Below are positions 1-10,564 of a stretch of DNA of 64,000 nt, in pieces. The translations under genes were made by a program, and so were the position numbers. The stretch covers positions 809 through 64,808 of the forward strand of contig JBDRFG010000106.1 in the NCBI GenBank assembly GCA_043819135.1. The letters are read 5' to 3'. This stretch comes from Candidatus Eiseniibacteriota bacterium. GTDB taxonomy: Bacteria > Joyebacterota > Joyebacteria > Joyebacterales > Joyebacteraceae. The notes below the pieces were generated by a model that saw nothing but the letters and a program-made list of their open reading frames with translations, searched no databases and had not been told where the DNA came from. How positions within the stretch are numbered: the stretch's first letter is position 1; each line of letters starts with the position of its first letter.

Positions 1-1569
1 GGTCCTACTGATGAGCCGTGCGGCCAGTGCGTATCGTGTCGCGAGATCGCGTCCGGCAAGAGCCTCGACGTCATCGAGATAGACGGCGCTTCCAACAGGA
101 AGATCGAGGACGCGCGTGGCATACGGGAGACGGTGCAGTACGCTCCGCTCTCGGGCCGCATGAAGATCTACATCATCGATGAGGCTCACATGCTCACGCG
201 CGAGGCGTTCAACGCGCTGCTGAAGACACTGGAAGAGCCGCCTCCTCACGTGGTCTTCGTCATGGCGACGACGGAACCCGGCAAGATCCCTGAGACGATA
301 ACCTCACGCTGCCAGCGATTTGACTTCCACAGGATCTCGTCCGCGGACACGGAAGCGCGTCTTGCGCAGATAGCCGCGGCGGAGGGGTTCGAGGTGGAGG
401 GCAGCGCTCTCAAGCTGGTCGCGGCGCGTTCCGACGGAAGCATGCGCGACGCCGTGAGCCTCCTCGACCAGATGGTGTCGGTCGGGGGAGGCACGGTGAC
501 GGTCGATGACGTGGCCCGCGTGCTGGGCATACCCGACATCGACGTCTTCTTCGGTCTGACGGATGCCGTTGCGACCAGTGACACATCCGGCACGCTGTCC
601 GCGCTGGAGTCGGCCATGGGCGCCGGCTTCGACGCGAGGGACCTCGTGGATGGTCTTGTCGAGCATCTCCGCAACCTGCTACTGGTCCGGGCCGCACCGG
701 AGCCCGAGCGCCTCGTGGGGCGGATCTTGGACTACGAGAAGCACGATGGCGCGTCCTCGACGATAACCGAAGAGGACCTGGTCCGGCTGCTTCGGATCGG
801 CATCGAGGCTCAGGCGTCCGTCAAGTGGAGCACGCAACCCGCTCTGATAGTCGAGGTGGCTCTGGTCAGGATGGCCAGGTTGACCAGCAGCGTGGCCATC
901 GAGGACGTCGTCAGGGCTCTTGAAGATGGTGGAGGCCCCGGGCGGGCGACGGAGCCGCCGGCATCAGAGGACAACGAAGGCGGACACGGCGGTGAGAGAA
1001 GAGGCCGGAAGAGCGTCCGCGACGCGGGCGGTGCCGATGTGACCGGTCAGCAGACGGGCGTAGGGACGGCGCGCCCGAAGGGCGCGATAGAGGAGACCGG
1101 CAGGAGCGATTTGCGGCGCGAGACTGCGACCGCGACGGCCGCTTCGCGGCCCTCCGCTCCAGCGACCGCCGTGGCAGATGCCCACTTGGGCGACGTCGAG
1201 CCGGAGCTGTGGCCCGACGTGCTCGCGAAGATCAGAGGTGAGAAACCCGCGCTGGCGGCCTTCCTGAACGACGCAGTGCCGTCCCGCGGCGAGAGCGCTG
1301 TCCTTGAACTGACGGTGCCGAACGGCTCCCGCTTCCACAGAGACCAGCTTAAGGACCGGGGCAACATGAGGCTGATGGAGCGCGCCGCCGGTGAGATTTT
1401 CGGTGGGAAGGTCAGGCTCGCGTTCACCTTCGGAGAGGCGCCTCAGGAGAGAGCCCCATGCCGTCGCGGTGAGCCACGGGTCAGCGAAGAGGCGGCCGAT
1501 GACCCGGTCGTCAAGAAGGTTCTGGACATGTTCGGCGGTGAGGTACGGGGATCGCGCAGAGAGGAGTAG
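1..1569 (+). CDS. dnaX: DNA polymerase III subunit gamma/tau (5'-truncated at window edge)
   Basis: Frame 1 is open from nt 1. The translation has the AAA+ clamp-loader motifs IIDEAHML and TSRCQRFDF (sensor) and a tau-like C-terminal low-complexity region. The stop codon is at 1567-1569. Confidence 0.9.
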   Translation, partial: GPTDEPCGQCVSCREIASGKSLDVIEIDGASNRKIEDARGIRETVQYAPLSGRMKIYIIDEAHMLTREAFNALLKTLEEPPPHVVFVMATTEPGKIPETITSRCQRFDFHRISSADTEARLAQIAAAEGFEVEGSALKLVAARSDGSMRDAVSLLDQMVSVGGGTVTVDDVARVLGIPDIDVFFGLTDAVATSDTSGTLSALESAMGAGFDARDLVDGLVEHLRNLLLVRAAPEPERLVGRILDYEKHDGASSTITEEDLVRLLRIGIEAQASVKWSTQPALIVEVALVRMARLTSSVAIEDVVRALEDGGGPGRATEPPASEDNEGGHGGERRGRKSVRDAGGADVTGQQTGVGTARPKGAIEETGRSDLRRETATATAASRPSAPATAVADAHLGDVEPELWPDVLAKIRGEKPALAAFLNDAVPSRGESAVLELTVPNGSRFHRDQLKDRGNMRLMERAAGEIFGGKVRLAFTFGEAPQERAPCRRGEPRVSEEAADDPVVKKVLDMFGGEVRGSRREE

Positions 1570-1577
1570 TGACGCAG

Positions 1578-1892
1578 ATGTCAGGCGGACTCGCGAAGAT
1601 GATGAAGGAGGCGCAGAAGCTGGAGAAGTCCCTCGGAGAGGTGCGGAAAAGGCTCGGGGAGATGACGGTGGAGGGAAGGTCGGGGGGCGGTGCGGTCGTC
1701 ATCACCATGAACGGACAGCGCGATGTCCTCAAGGTCTCGGTGGACCCCAGTGTTTTCGAGGACGGAGACGTCGAGATGCTCGAGGACCTGCTGCTCTCGG
1801 CCCTGCGTGACGCCAAACAGAAGTCGGACGAACTCGCCTCTGCCGAGATGTCGAAGGTGGCGGGGCCGGGCATCCCACCGGGGATGTTCTAG
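1578..1892 (+). CDS. ybaB: nucleoid-associated protein YbaB/EbfC
   Basis: MSGGLAKMMKEAQKLEKSL...VVITMNGQRDVLKVSVDPSV is a typical YbaB sequence and sits directly after dnaX, as in the conserved dnaX-ybaB-recR trio. I prefer the ATG at 1578 over the GTG at 1569 because GAGGAG lies about 11 nt upstream of it. Confidence 0.85.
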   Translation: MSGGLAKMMKEAQKLEKSLGEVRKRLGEMTVEGRSGGGAVVITMNGQRDVLKVSVDPSVFEDGDVEMLEDLLLSALRDAKQKSDELASAEMSKVAGPGIPPGMF

Positions 1893-1909
1893 CACAGATA
1901 CGGAGCGAC

Positions 1910-2512
1910 GTGTTGTCTTTGTTCCCACCCTCTCTCGAACGACTGGTTCTCATCTTGGCCCGGCTTCCGGGCATCGGCAGGAAGTCCGCGACGAGGATAG
2001 CCCTCAAGCTCGTGGCTTCGTCCGGGGCCGACTGCAGAGAGCTGGCCAGGACCATCATCGAGGCCAGCGAGAAGACCATCGGCTGCTCGACATGCGGGGC
2101 ACTGACCGAGTCGGACCCGTGCTCCATCTGCTCTGACACCCGCCGGGAATCCACGATCATATGCGTGGTCGAACGTCCCAGCGACGTGATAGCTCTTGAG
2201 CGAACGAGCCGATACCGGGGGAAATACCACGTTCTGGGCGGGCTTCTGTCGCCGCTGGACGGGATCGGTCCCGAGGACCTCAGGTTGGATTCCCTGGCGC
2301 AGCGCGCGCACGGCAACGAGGTCTCTGAGATCATTCTTGCACTGAACCCCACGGCGGAGGGGGAGGCGACGTCCCTCTACCTCGCGCGATTGCTGACGGA
2401 GGCGGGGGTTCGCGTCACAAAACTCGCAAGCGGCTTGCCTGTCGGCGGCGATCTCGACCTGGCCGATGAGCTGACCCTGGGCACCGCGCTCGAGGAGCGC
2501 AGAGAGCTCTGA
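1910..2512 (+). CDS. recR: recombination protein RecR
   Basis: The N-terminus has the helix-hairpin-helix LPGIGRKSATRIA. It is followed by a C4 zinc finger (CSTCGALTESDPCSIC) and a Toprim region. The gene starts at a GTG and completes the conserved synteny with dnaX-ybaB. Confidence 0.9.
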   Translation: MLSLFPPSLERLVLILARLPGIGRKSATRIALKLVASSGADCRELARTIIEASEKTIGCSTCGALTESDPCSICSDTRRESTIICVVERPSDVIALERTSRYRGKYHVLGGLLSPLDGIGPEDLRLDSLAQRAHGNEVSEIILALNPTAEGEATSLYLARLLTEAGVRVTKLASGLPVGGDLDLADELTLGTALEERREL

Positions 2513-2695
2513 CGGCGTCCGCCACCGCACGCGGATGACGGACAACCAGTCGCTCCCGCCGCAGCGCGCCGCCGCCGGCCCGACCCGAGCTACCATCCCT
2601 TTGAGCTTGACCCGTCCAAGAGCGGGTGCTAGCGTGATTATTCGATTTCTCTCCGTTATCGGGAAGTGATGTGCACGTCCGAAGGAGGTTGACGG

Positions 2696-3268
2696 ATGCA
2701 GCAGTTGACGGAAGTACGCTGGCACGCGAGGGGAGGTCAGGGGGCGAAGACCGCCTCACTGCTTCTCGCGGCGGCGGCGGCGATGGAGGGCAAGTACAGT
2801 CAGGGGTTTCCGGACTATGGCCCCGAGCGCATGGGCGCGCCGATGCGAGGTTTCACCAGGATCAGTGAGGAACCCATCCGGTTGCACTGTGCCATCTCTG
2901 AGCCCGGGATGGTCGTGGTTCTGGACGACACGCTCTTGTGTTCAGTCGACGTAGCCGGGGGCACGCCGGAGGACGGTCTGATCGTCGTGAACACGGTGCG
3001 GACCGCGGCGGAGGTGAGGAAGGAAATGAAGCTCACCGGGCGCAGGCTCTTCACCGTCGACGCAACGGGCATCGCCATCGACGAGATCGGGCGGCCGATC
3101 CCGAACGCGCCGATGCTCGGCGCGTTGGTCAAGGTTTCGAACGTGCTGGATCTCGACGCCGTCAAGAAGCAGATCAGGAAGAAGTTCTCTCACGGTTTCA
3201 GGCCCGAGGTCCTCGAGGGCAACATGCGAGCGATCCAGAGAGCCTACGAGGAGGTGGTCGGGGAATGA
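2696..3268 (+). CDS. porG: 2-oxoacid:ferredoxin oxidoreductase, gamma subunit (pyruvate/2-ketoisovalerate type)
   Basis: The N-terminus WHARGGQGAKTASLLLA is the gamma-subunit signature. AGGAGG sits 7 nt upstream of the ATG. It is the first gene of the gamma-delta-alpha-beta order. Substrate (pyruvate versus 2-ketoisovalerate) cannot be resolved by eye. Confidence 0.8.
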   Translation: MQQLTEVRWHARGGQGAKTASLLLAAAAAMEGKYSQGFPDYGPERMGAPMRGFTRISEEPIRLHCAISEPGMVVVLDDTLLCSVDVAGGTPEDGLIVVNTVRTAAEVRKEMKLTGRRLFTVDATGIAIDEIGRPIPNAPMLGALVKVSNVLDLDAVKKQIRKKFSHGFRPEVLEGNMRAIQRAYEEVVGE

Positions 3269-3564
3269 ACGACAGAGGCTGGACCGAGATACCGATCGGA
3301 GGCATAATCGAGGACGCGGGCAACGCCGCCACGTATGAGACCGGATCGTGGCGGACGTACCGACCCATCTGGAACGGCGAAGCGTGCATTCACTGTCTCA
3401 GGTGCTGGGTCGCGTGCCCCGACTCGTCGGTGAAGCTCGAGGACGGGAGGGTAACCGGCATTGATTACGATCACTGCAAGGGGTGCGGGATCTGCGGCTT
3501 CGAGTGCCCCGTGGACCCCAAGGCGATAGAGATGAAGCTCGAGACGGACGTGGCGAACGAATAG
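3265..3564 (+). CDS. porD: 2-oxoacid:ferredoxin oxidoreductase, delta subunit (2x[4Fe-4S] ferredoxin)
   Basis: Two CxxCxxCxxxCP motifs are present (CIHCLRCWVACP and CKGCGICGFECP). The ATG at 3265 overlaps the porG stop as ATGA. The longer track ORF starting at 2938 is an artefact lying inside porG. Confidence 0.8.
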   Translation: MNDRGWTEIPIGGIIEDAGNAATYETGSWRTYRPIWNGEACIHCLRCWVACPDSSVKLEDGRVTGIDYDHCKGCGICGFECPVDPKAIEMKLETDVANE

Positions 3565-3613
3565 GCTCGGATCGACCGGGTATGCCAGTACCGAATCAGA
3601 AGGGAGACACAGA

Positions 3614-4807
3614 GTGGCGAGGAGACTGATCCTTACGGGCAACGATGCGACCGCGGAGGCGATGCGGCAGATCGATCCCGACGTGGTCGCCGCTTTTCCT
3701 ATCACCCCACAGACTGAGCTGATGCACAAGTTCGCGGAGCACGTGGCCGATGGGGACGTGAAGACCGAGTTCGTGCTTGTCGAATCGGAGCACAGCGCGA
3801 TGAGCGCGGCGGTCGGAGCGGCGGCGGCGGGGGCGAGGGTCATGACGGCTACGTCGGCCAACGGGCTGGCGCTGATGTGGGAGATAGTCTATATCGCGGC
3901 GTCGTACCGGCTTCCCATAGTCATGCCGGTGGTGAACCGCGCGCTGTCGGGTCCCATCAACATCCACTGCGACCACAGCGATACGATGGGTTGCAGGGAT
4001 TCCGGATGGATACAACTGTACTCCGAGGACGCGCAGGAGGCCTACGACAACGTTCTGCAGGCGATAAGGATCGCCGAACATCCGGATGTTCTGTTGCCTG
4101 TGATGGTGACTTTCGACGGGTTCATCATCAGCCACACGGCCGAGGTTCTCGAGGGACTCGAGGACGCGGAAGTGAAGAGCTGGGTCGGGGAGCACGAGGC
4201 GAAGTACTCGCTTCTGAACACCGACGATCCCGTGACGTTCGGCCCGCTCGATCTTCAGGACTACTACTTCGAGCACAAGAGGCAGCAGACGGAGGCGATG
4301 TGGCGCGCTCCGGCCATCATCAAGGAGATCGGGAGGGCATACGGAGAGCTGTCCGGGCGCTCGTACGAGCTCATCGAGAGCTATCGGCTGGAGGACGCCG
4401 AACTCGTCGTCGTGGCCATCGGTTCGACGTGCGGCACCACGAAGGTGGTCGTCGACGAGTTGAGGGAGAATGGCACGAAGGCTGGTCTTCTGAAGATACG
4501 CTCGTTCCGGCCCTTCCCGGAGCGTGAGATAGCGGAGGCCCTCAAGAACGCCAAGGCGATAGGGGTGCTCGACAGGTCGATATCGTTCGGCGCGCCGGGC
4601 GGTCCGGTCCACAAGGAGATCAGGGCTGCGCTGTACGGGACCGGCCGTGAGATCGGGATCGTCAACTACATCTACGGACTCGGTGGACGCGACATGTCGA
4701 TGGAGAACATCAAGACGGCCTTCGCCGGACTCGAGAAGGTGGCCAGCGAAGGAACGCCTGACGACAACATCCGGTTCCTCGGACTGAGGGGCGAGGGAGG
4801 AGTGTAA
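3614..4807 (+). CDS. porA: 2-oxoacid:ferredoxin oxidoreductase, alpha subunit
   Basis: MARRLILTGNDA...ITPQTELMH...SEHSAMSAAVGAAAAGARVMTATSANGL matches the PFOR alpha subunit (domains I-II). Confidence 0.85.
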   Translation: MARRLILTGNDATAEAMRQIDPDVVAAFPITPQTELMHKFAEHVADGDVKTEFVLVESEHSAMSAAVGAAAAGARVMTATSANGLALMWEIVYIAASYRLPIVMPVVNRALSGPINIHCDHSDTMGCRDSGWIQLYSEDAQEAYDNVLQAIRIAEHPDVLLPVMVTFDGFIISHTAEVLEGLEDAEVKSWVGEHEAKYSLLNTDDPVTFGPLDLQDYYFEHKRQQTEAMWRAPAIIKEIGRAYGELSGRSYELIESYRLEDAELVVVAIGSTCGTTKVVVDELRENGTKAGLLKIRSFRPFPEREIAEALKNAKAIGVLDRSISFGAPGGPVHKEIRAALYGTGREIGIVNYIYGLGGRDMSMENIKTAFAGLEKVASEGTPDDNIRFLGLRGEGGV

Positions 4808-4808
4808 C

Positions 4809-5738
4809 ATGCCAGGTCTCAAGCAACTGGCCGAGCGCGAGGAGCTGATGGCCGGAGGGCACCGCGCATGCGCGGGCTGCCTGCCGATGACGGCGATGAG
4901 GCAAATCTTGTTGACGGCGGGCAAGGACACGGTCAGCGGGTGCGCCACGGGATGTGTGGAAGTGGTGACGACCATCTACCCGTACACGGCGTGGCGGAAT
5001 CCGTTCATCCACAGCGCCTTCGAGAACTCGGCCGCAACGATGTCGGGCGTGGAGGCCGCGTACAGGTCGCTTCGCCGTCAGGGCAAGGTCGACAAGGATA
5101 TCAACTTCATCGCCATGGGTGGTGACGGGGGGACGTACGACATCGGTCTGCAGTCCCTGTCGGGGGCGATGGAGCGCGGTCACAATATGCTGTACGTCTG
5201 CTACGACAACGAGGCGTACATGAACACGGGCATCCAGAGGTCGAGCGGCACGCCCAAGGGAACGGCGACGTCCACGACGCCGGCGGGCAAGGTCATTCCC
5301 GGGAAGAAGGAGTTTCCGAAGCCTCTGACCGAGATCATGATCGCCCACAGGATCCCGTACGTGGCTCAGGCCACTCCGGGTTACCCCAAGGACCTGACGG
5401 ACAAGGTCGAGAAGGCGCTGTCCATTGAGGGACCGGCCTTCATGAACATCCTGACGCCCTGCACGCGAGGCTGGCGCTATCCGATGGAAGAGTCGATGGA
5501 CATTGCGAGGCTGGCGGTCGACACATGCTTCTGGCCCCTGTTCGAGGTCGAGCACGGCAGTTTCCGGGTGACCAGGAAGCCGAAGGACAAGCGACCGGTC
5601 TCCGAGTGGCTCGAGAGGCAGGGACGTTTCTCGCACCTGTTCAAGGACAAGAACAGGTACATCATCGACGAGATACAGGAGGAGACTGACCGCAACTGGG
5701 AGTGGATTCTCAAGCGCGAGGAACTGAGCCAGGCGTAG
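4809..5738 (+). CDS. porB: 2-oxoacid:ferredoxin oxidoreductase, beta subunit (TPP-binding)
   Basis: The sequence has the Cys ligands CAGC...C and the TPP motif GGDGGTYDIG...YDNEAYMNTG. It starts 2 nt after the porA stop. Confidence 0.85.
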   Translation: MPGLKQLAEREELMAGGHRACAGCLPMTAMRQILLTAGKDTVSGCATGCVEVVTTIYPYTAWRNPFIHSAFENSAATMSGVEAAYRSLRRQGKVDKDINFIAMGGDGGTYDIGLQSLSGAMERGHNMLYVCYDNEAYMNTGIQRSSGTPKGTATSTTPAGKVIPGKKEFPKPLTEIMIAHRIPYVAQATPGYPKDLTDKVEKALSIEGPAFMNILTPCTRGWRYPMEESMDIARLAVDTCFWPLFEVEHGSFRVTRKPKDKRPVSEWLERQGRFSHLFKDKNRYIIDEIQEETDRNWEWILKREELSQA

Positions 5739-5775
5739 GATTCCCAAGTGCTCGCTTACGAGAGGCGTCCAAGCC

Positions 5776-6372
5776 ATGAACTGGCCGAACGGGCTGAGCG
5801 TAGCGCGGCTGATTATGGGACCAATCGTCCTTGTCTGCCTACTGACAGGTTTCGTGAGGCTTGCCTTCTACATCTTCGTGGTTGCTATGCTCACGGACCT
5901 CTGCGACGGTTACCTCGCACGGCGCTCGAACAGAGTGACGGAATTCGGGAAGCTGATGGATCCATTGGCCGACAAGGTCCTTGTCTCCCTGGTCCTTATC
6001 GGTCTCTTGTTCATGGGGTTGCCGTTCGTCTCGCTGTGGATGGTCGCTGTGATCATCGCGCGTGAACTCCTGATCCTTGGCTGTCGAACCGGCGTGTTCA
6101 AGAGCGGTGAGGGATTCGTGACCAGCAGGGCCGCCAAGTGGAAGACGGCCGCCCAGATGGTCTGGATCTCAGGGACGCTTCTCTACCTGACGGTCATCTC
6201 GCGGGTGGGCTTGAGCCCCGGCGATCCCCAGTGCCAGGCTATTGAGCGGGGGCTCTGGGGGGTCGGAGTGGTGGCCGTCGCCCTGACCATCATTTCCGGG
6301 GCGGACTACCTGGTTTGGAGCAGAGACTCCGGAGGCAATGTGCCGCAGGTCCACCGGAACGAGGAGGTCTAG
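5776..6372 (+). CDS. pgsA: CDP-diacylglycerol--glycerol-3-phosphate 3-phosphatidyltransferase
   Basis: The CDP-alcohol phosphatidyltransferase motif DxxDGxxAR...G...DxxxD is present as DLCDGYLARR...GKLMDPLADK. The protein is polytopic. Confidence 0.8.
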   Translation: MNWPNGLSVARLIMGPIVLVCLLTGFVRLAFYIFVVAMLTDLCDGYLARRSNRVTEFGKLMDPLADKVLVSLVLIGLLFMGLPFVSLWMVAVIIARELLILGCRTGVFKSGEGFVTSRAAKWKTAAQMVWISGTLLYLTVISRVGLSPGDPQCQAIERGLWGVGVVAVALTIISGADYLVWSRDSGGNVPQVHRNEEV

Positions 6373-6377
6373 CCGAC

Positions 6378-6872
6378 ATGGAAGAGCGCGCTCCGAGACT
6401 GAACCCGCTGGTCAGGTTTCTGGCCACCGGGGCCTACCTGGGATACGCCCCTTTCGCTCCCGGCACGGTGGGATCCCTCGGTTGCGCGGTGCTCGTCTGG
6501 TTTGCTGTTCCCGAGGTGACTCACTTGAGCTCGGCGCCGGCGATCGGCGTGGCGGCTCTCTCCACGCTGGCGTTCGTCGCGCTGGCCATCTGGGCGTCCG
6601 GTCTTGCCGAGAGAAGTTTCGGACACGATGCGTCACGAATCGTTATCGACGAGTATGCGGGCTTCCTCATCTCCGTTCTCCTGCTTCCCAAGTCACTCTT
6701 CGTGTTCGCCGTGGCGTTCCTGCTGTTCAGGGCCCTCGACATCGTGAAGCCGTTCCCCGCGAGGCGGGCGGAGGCACTTCCGGGAGGCACCGGAGTTGTG
6801 CTGGACGACGTCGTCGCGGGCATCTACGCGAACATACTCCTGCGGGTCATGCTGCTGGTTCAGGGTTGGTGA
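6378..6872 (+). CDS. pgpA: phosphatidylglycerophosphatase A
   Basis: GAYLGYAPFAPGTVGSLG...VIDEYAGF...ALDIVKPFP is typical PgpA. The ATG at 6378 follows the pgsA stop at 6372. The track ORF starting at 6315 overlaps pgsA and is rejected. Confidence 0.75.
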   Translation: MEERAPRLNPLVRFLATGAYLGYAPFAPGTVGSLGCAVLVWFAVPEVTHLSSAPAIGVAALSTLAFVALAIWASGLAERSFGHDASRIVIDEYAGFLISVLLLPKSLFVFAVAFLLFRALDIVKPFPARRAEALPGGTGVVLDDVVAGIYANILLRVMLLVQGW

Positions 6873-6898
6873 CCTAATACCTACCTGACGGTGGTCGG

Positions 6899-8149
6899 AT
6901 GAAGGCCGAGATAATCACCATAGGCGGAGAGCTTCTTGACGGAAGCCAGGTCGATCTCAATGCGACCTATCTGGGGTCGCGTCTGACGTCGCTCGGTGCC
7001 GAGGTCGTACGTGTGACATCGGTGCCGGACGCGGTCGACGACATCGAGGAAGAGACGGCTCGAGCCCTCGAGCGCGCGCACATCGTCATCACGACCGGAG
7101 GTTTGGGCGTTACGGCCGACGACCGCACGAAGCAGGCGGTGGCCAGACTGCTCGGTCGGAGGCTCGTCCTGGACGAGGACGTGCTGGAGAGAGTGCGAGG
7201 CTGGTTCGAGGCAAGGAACCTCCCGATGCCCGAGGCCAGCATTGCGATGGCCATGCTCCCGGAGGGCGCGCGTCCGATAGACAACCACAGGGGAACCGCA
7301 CCGGGCCTTCTCTTCGAGAAGGGGGCCGCGCTCCTCTTCGTCCTGCCCGGCGTTCCAGTTGAGCTCAGAGCGATGTTCGAGAGCTACGTGTCCCCTTTCC
7401 TGGAGGGGAGGGGGCTCAAGCCGCTGGCCCAGGAGCGTCTCATCCGGACCACCGGGCTGCCCGAGTCGGAGGTCGCCGAGAGGATCGAAGAACTCGCGCG
7501 CCGCCTGGCGAGAACGGACATCGTGTACCTTCCGTCCGTGACCGGCGTGGACCTCAAGGTGATCGGCCGGGGTCAGACCACCGTCCAGGCCACGAAGACC
7601 GCGGAGGCGTCGCAGGAGAAGCTGGCCGCCAGGCTCGAACCATACGTCTACGCGCGGGGCGACGAATCGATCGAGAAGGTCGTCGGATACCTGCTTTCGA
7701 TGAGGGATCGGACCGTGTCCGTGGCCGAGTCGTGCACGGGAGGACGACTCGGGTGGAGGATGACGCGCGTGCCGGGAAGCTCAGACTACTTCATGGGCGG
7801 CGTCATCGCCTACTCGGATGATCTCAAGAAGCGTCTTCTCGGGGTCAAGGCCGGCATCCTGAAGAAGCACGGCGCCGTCTCCGCCGAGACGGCGCTCGAG
7901 ATGGCGCGGGGCGTCCGTGCGAAGTGCGCCACGGACTGCGGCGTCGCCATCACGGGGCTGGCCGGTCCTGGGGGCGGCACGGAGGAGAAGCCCGTGGGCA
8001 CGGTCTTCATCGCCGTGTCTGGTGACTCCGGCGACCGGGTGCGAGAGCTGCGCCTTGCCGGCAGCAGGGGCGACATCCGGCGCGCCGCGGTCCAGGCCGC
8101 GATGGAGCTATTGCGGCGCTTTCTCCTCAACATCGAGGACGACACGTGA
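6899..8149 (+). CDS. cinA: competence/damage-inducible protein CinA (MoCF-binding N-domain + PncC-like NMN deamidase C-domain)
   Basis: MKAEIITIGGELL...ITTGGLG is the N-terminal domain. The C-terminal domain is ...SVAESCTGGRLG...GTVFIAVSG. Confidence 0.85.
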   Translation: MKAEIITIGGELLDGSQVDLNATYLGSRLTSLGAEVVRVTSVPDAVDDIEEETARALERAHIVITTGGLGVTADDRTKQAVARLLGRRLVLDEDVLERVRGWFEARNLPMPEASIAMAMLPEGARPIDNHRGTAPGLLFEKGAALLFVLPGVPVELRAMFESYVSPFLEGRGLKPLAQERLIRTTGLPESEVAERIEELARRLARTDIVYLPSVTGVDLKVIGRGQTTVQATKTAEASQEKLAARLEPYVYARGDESIEKVVGYLLSMRDRTVSVAESCTGGRLGWRMTRVPGSSDYFMGGVIAYSDDLKKRLLGVKAGILKKHGAVSAETALEMARGVRAKCATDCGVAITGLAGPGGGTEEKPVGTVFIAVSGDSGDRVRELRLAGSRGDIRRAAVQAAMELLRRFLLNIEDDT

Positions 8150-8709
8150 CCGTTCGGACCTTCATAGCTTTGGAGTTGTCCGAAGAGCTCAAAGAAGGCA
8201 TACTCGGCCTGACGGATGAGCTGCAAGAACGGGGCGTCCGGGCCAGCTGGGCCAGGCGCCAGACGTTGCATCTCACGCTCAAGTTCCTGGGAGACGTTGA
8301 AGAGACGGAGCTGCCCGAGGTCGTAGCGGCGGTAGCGCGGGCCTCGAGCCGCACGTCCTCGTTCGACTTCGAGACACGCTCGCTGGGCGCTTTTCCCTCT
8401 CCAGCGCGCCCCAGGGTGCTCTGGGCGGGAATCGAGCCTGTGGACGAGCTTATGGCCCTCCAACAGGCGATAGACGGCGAGCTGACCAAGCTGGGCTTCC
8501 CGCGGGAGAAACGCCGGTTTCATCCCCACATAACCCTCGGGAGGATACGAGACCCCCGCGCAGAGAGCGTCCAGGGTATTCTGGATGATCTCGTTGCCCC
8601 AGAGGGGAGGGTGGTGGCAACTGAGGTCCGGGTAATGCGAAGCACGCTTCGCCCCGGAGGTGCGTTGCACGAACTTGTTCAAGCAGTTCCCCTGGATAGC
8701 GGGTCCTGA
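8146..8709 (+). CDS. thpR: RNA 2',3'-cyclic phosphodiesterase (2H family, LigT/ThpR)
   Basis: Two H-x-T/S-x motifs are present (HLTLKFLG and HITLGRI). The GTG start overlaps the cinA stop as GTGA. Confidence 0.8.
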   Translation: MTVRTFIALELSEELKEGILGLTDELQERGVRASWARRQTLHLTLKFLGDVEETELPEVVAAVARASSRTSSFDFETRSLGAFPSPARPRVLWAGIEPVDELMALQQAIDGELTKLGFPREKRRFHPHITLGRIRDPRAESVQGILDDLVAPEGRVVATEVRVMRSTLRPGGALHELVQAVPLDSGS

Positions 8710-8768
8710 GAGTGAGCATCTTAAGAGCTTTGGTCGCCGCGCTTGCAGCGCGGCCCAGGGAGGTCACG

Positions 8769-9881
<1,113 letters not shown>

Positions 9882-9922
9882 CGGGAGCCGGGCGAAGAGG
9901 CCAATGACGGAGACGGACGCCC

Positions 9923-10564
9923 GTGAGCGGCACGATCACCGAGATCAGAAGGACCGGCGAAGACACGCTCCGTCTGACGGTGTTCGTTGACGGAGTGGAG
10001 GCCTTCACGGTCTCCGAGGAGGTAGCTCGCGAACTCGGCCTGTCGGTGGGCGACGAACTGGCTCAGCCTGCAGCCGTTTGTACTGCGGCCGACGACGATC
10101 GCGCGAAGGCGAGGGAAGCCGCGCTCAGGCTCCTGGCCGTGCGTGCCAGAAGCGAGGGTGAACTCTCCGACCGCCTGAGACGCAAGGGCTTCAGCGAGCA
10201 GCTGACGGCCGCGGTGGTGTTCTCACTGGCCGAGGTCGGACTGGTCGACGACGAGGCGTTCGCGCGCGCGTGGACCGACGAGCGAGTGAGACTTCGCCCC
10301 GTCGGGCCGCGGCGACTTGCTCAGGAACTTCTGTCGAAGAAGGTCAACAGAGACCTGGCCGCCCGCGTGGTGGACGAGACCTTCCGGGAGCACTCGGAGC
10401 TGGAGCTGGCCCGCAAGGCGGTTGAGAAGAAAGCGCGAGTGTCAGGGGGCGTGGACGGTGGCAAGCGCCGCGCCCGTCTGCACTCGTTTCTGATAAGAAG
10501 GGGCTTCTCTTTTGAGGTGGTGTCCGCCGTCATCAAGGAGATAGAGGGAGAATCAGATGCCTGA
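9923..10564 (+). CDS. recX: regulatory protein RecX
   Basis: It lies immediately downstream of recA and has the repeated RecX helical modules (ELSDRLRRKGFSEQL..., LAQELLSKKVNRDL...). Confidence 0.75.
   Translation: MSGTITEIRRTGEDTLRLTVFVDGVEAFTVSEEVARELGLSVGDELAQPAAVCTAADDDRAKAREAALRLLAVRARSEGELSDRLRRKGFSEQLTAAVVFSLAEVGLVDDEAFARAWTDERVRLRPVGPRRLAQELLSKKVNRDLAARVVDETFREHSELELARKAVEKKARVSGGVDGGKRRARLHSFLIRRGFSFEVVSAVIKEIEGESDA

Noticed and set aside
2607-2640. Possible sigma70 promoter for the PFOR operon (TTGACC ... TAGCGT)
   Set aside because: The -35 is good, but every candidate -10 is weak (TAGCGT) or badly spaced (GATTAT at 22 nt). I do not report it as a feature.
3596-5777. Long minus-strand ORFs (459 aa and 355 aa) antisense to porA/porB
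   Set aside because: Shadow ORFs. The + strand PFOR subunits carry clear TPP and Fe-S motifs.
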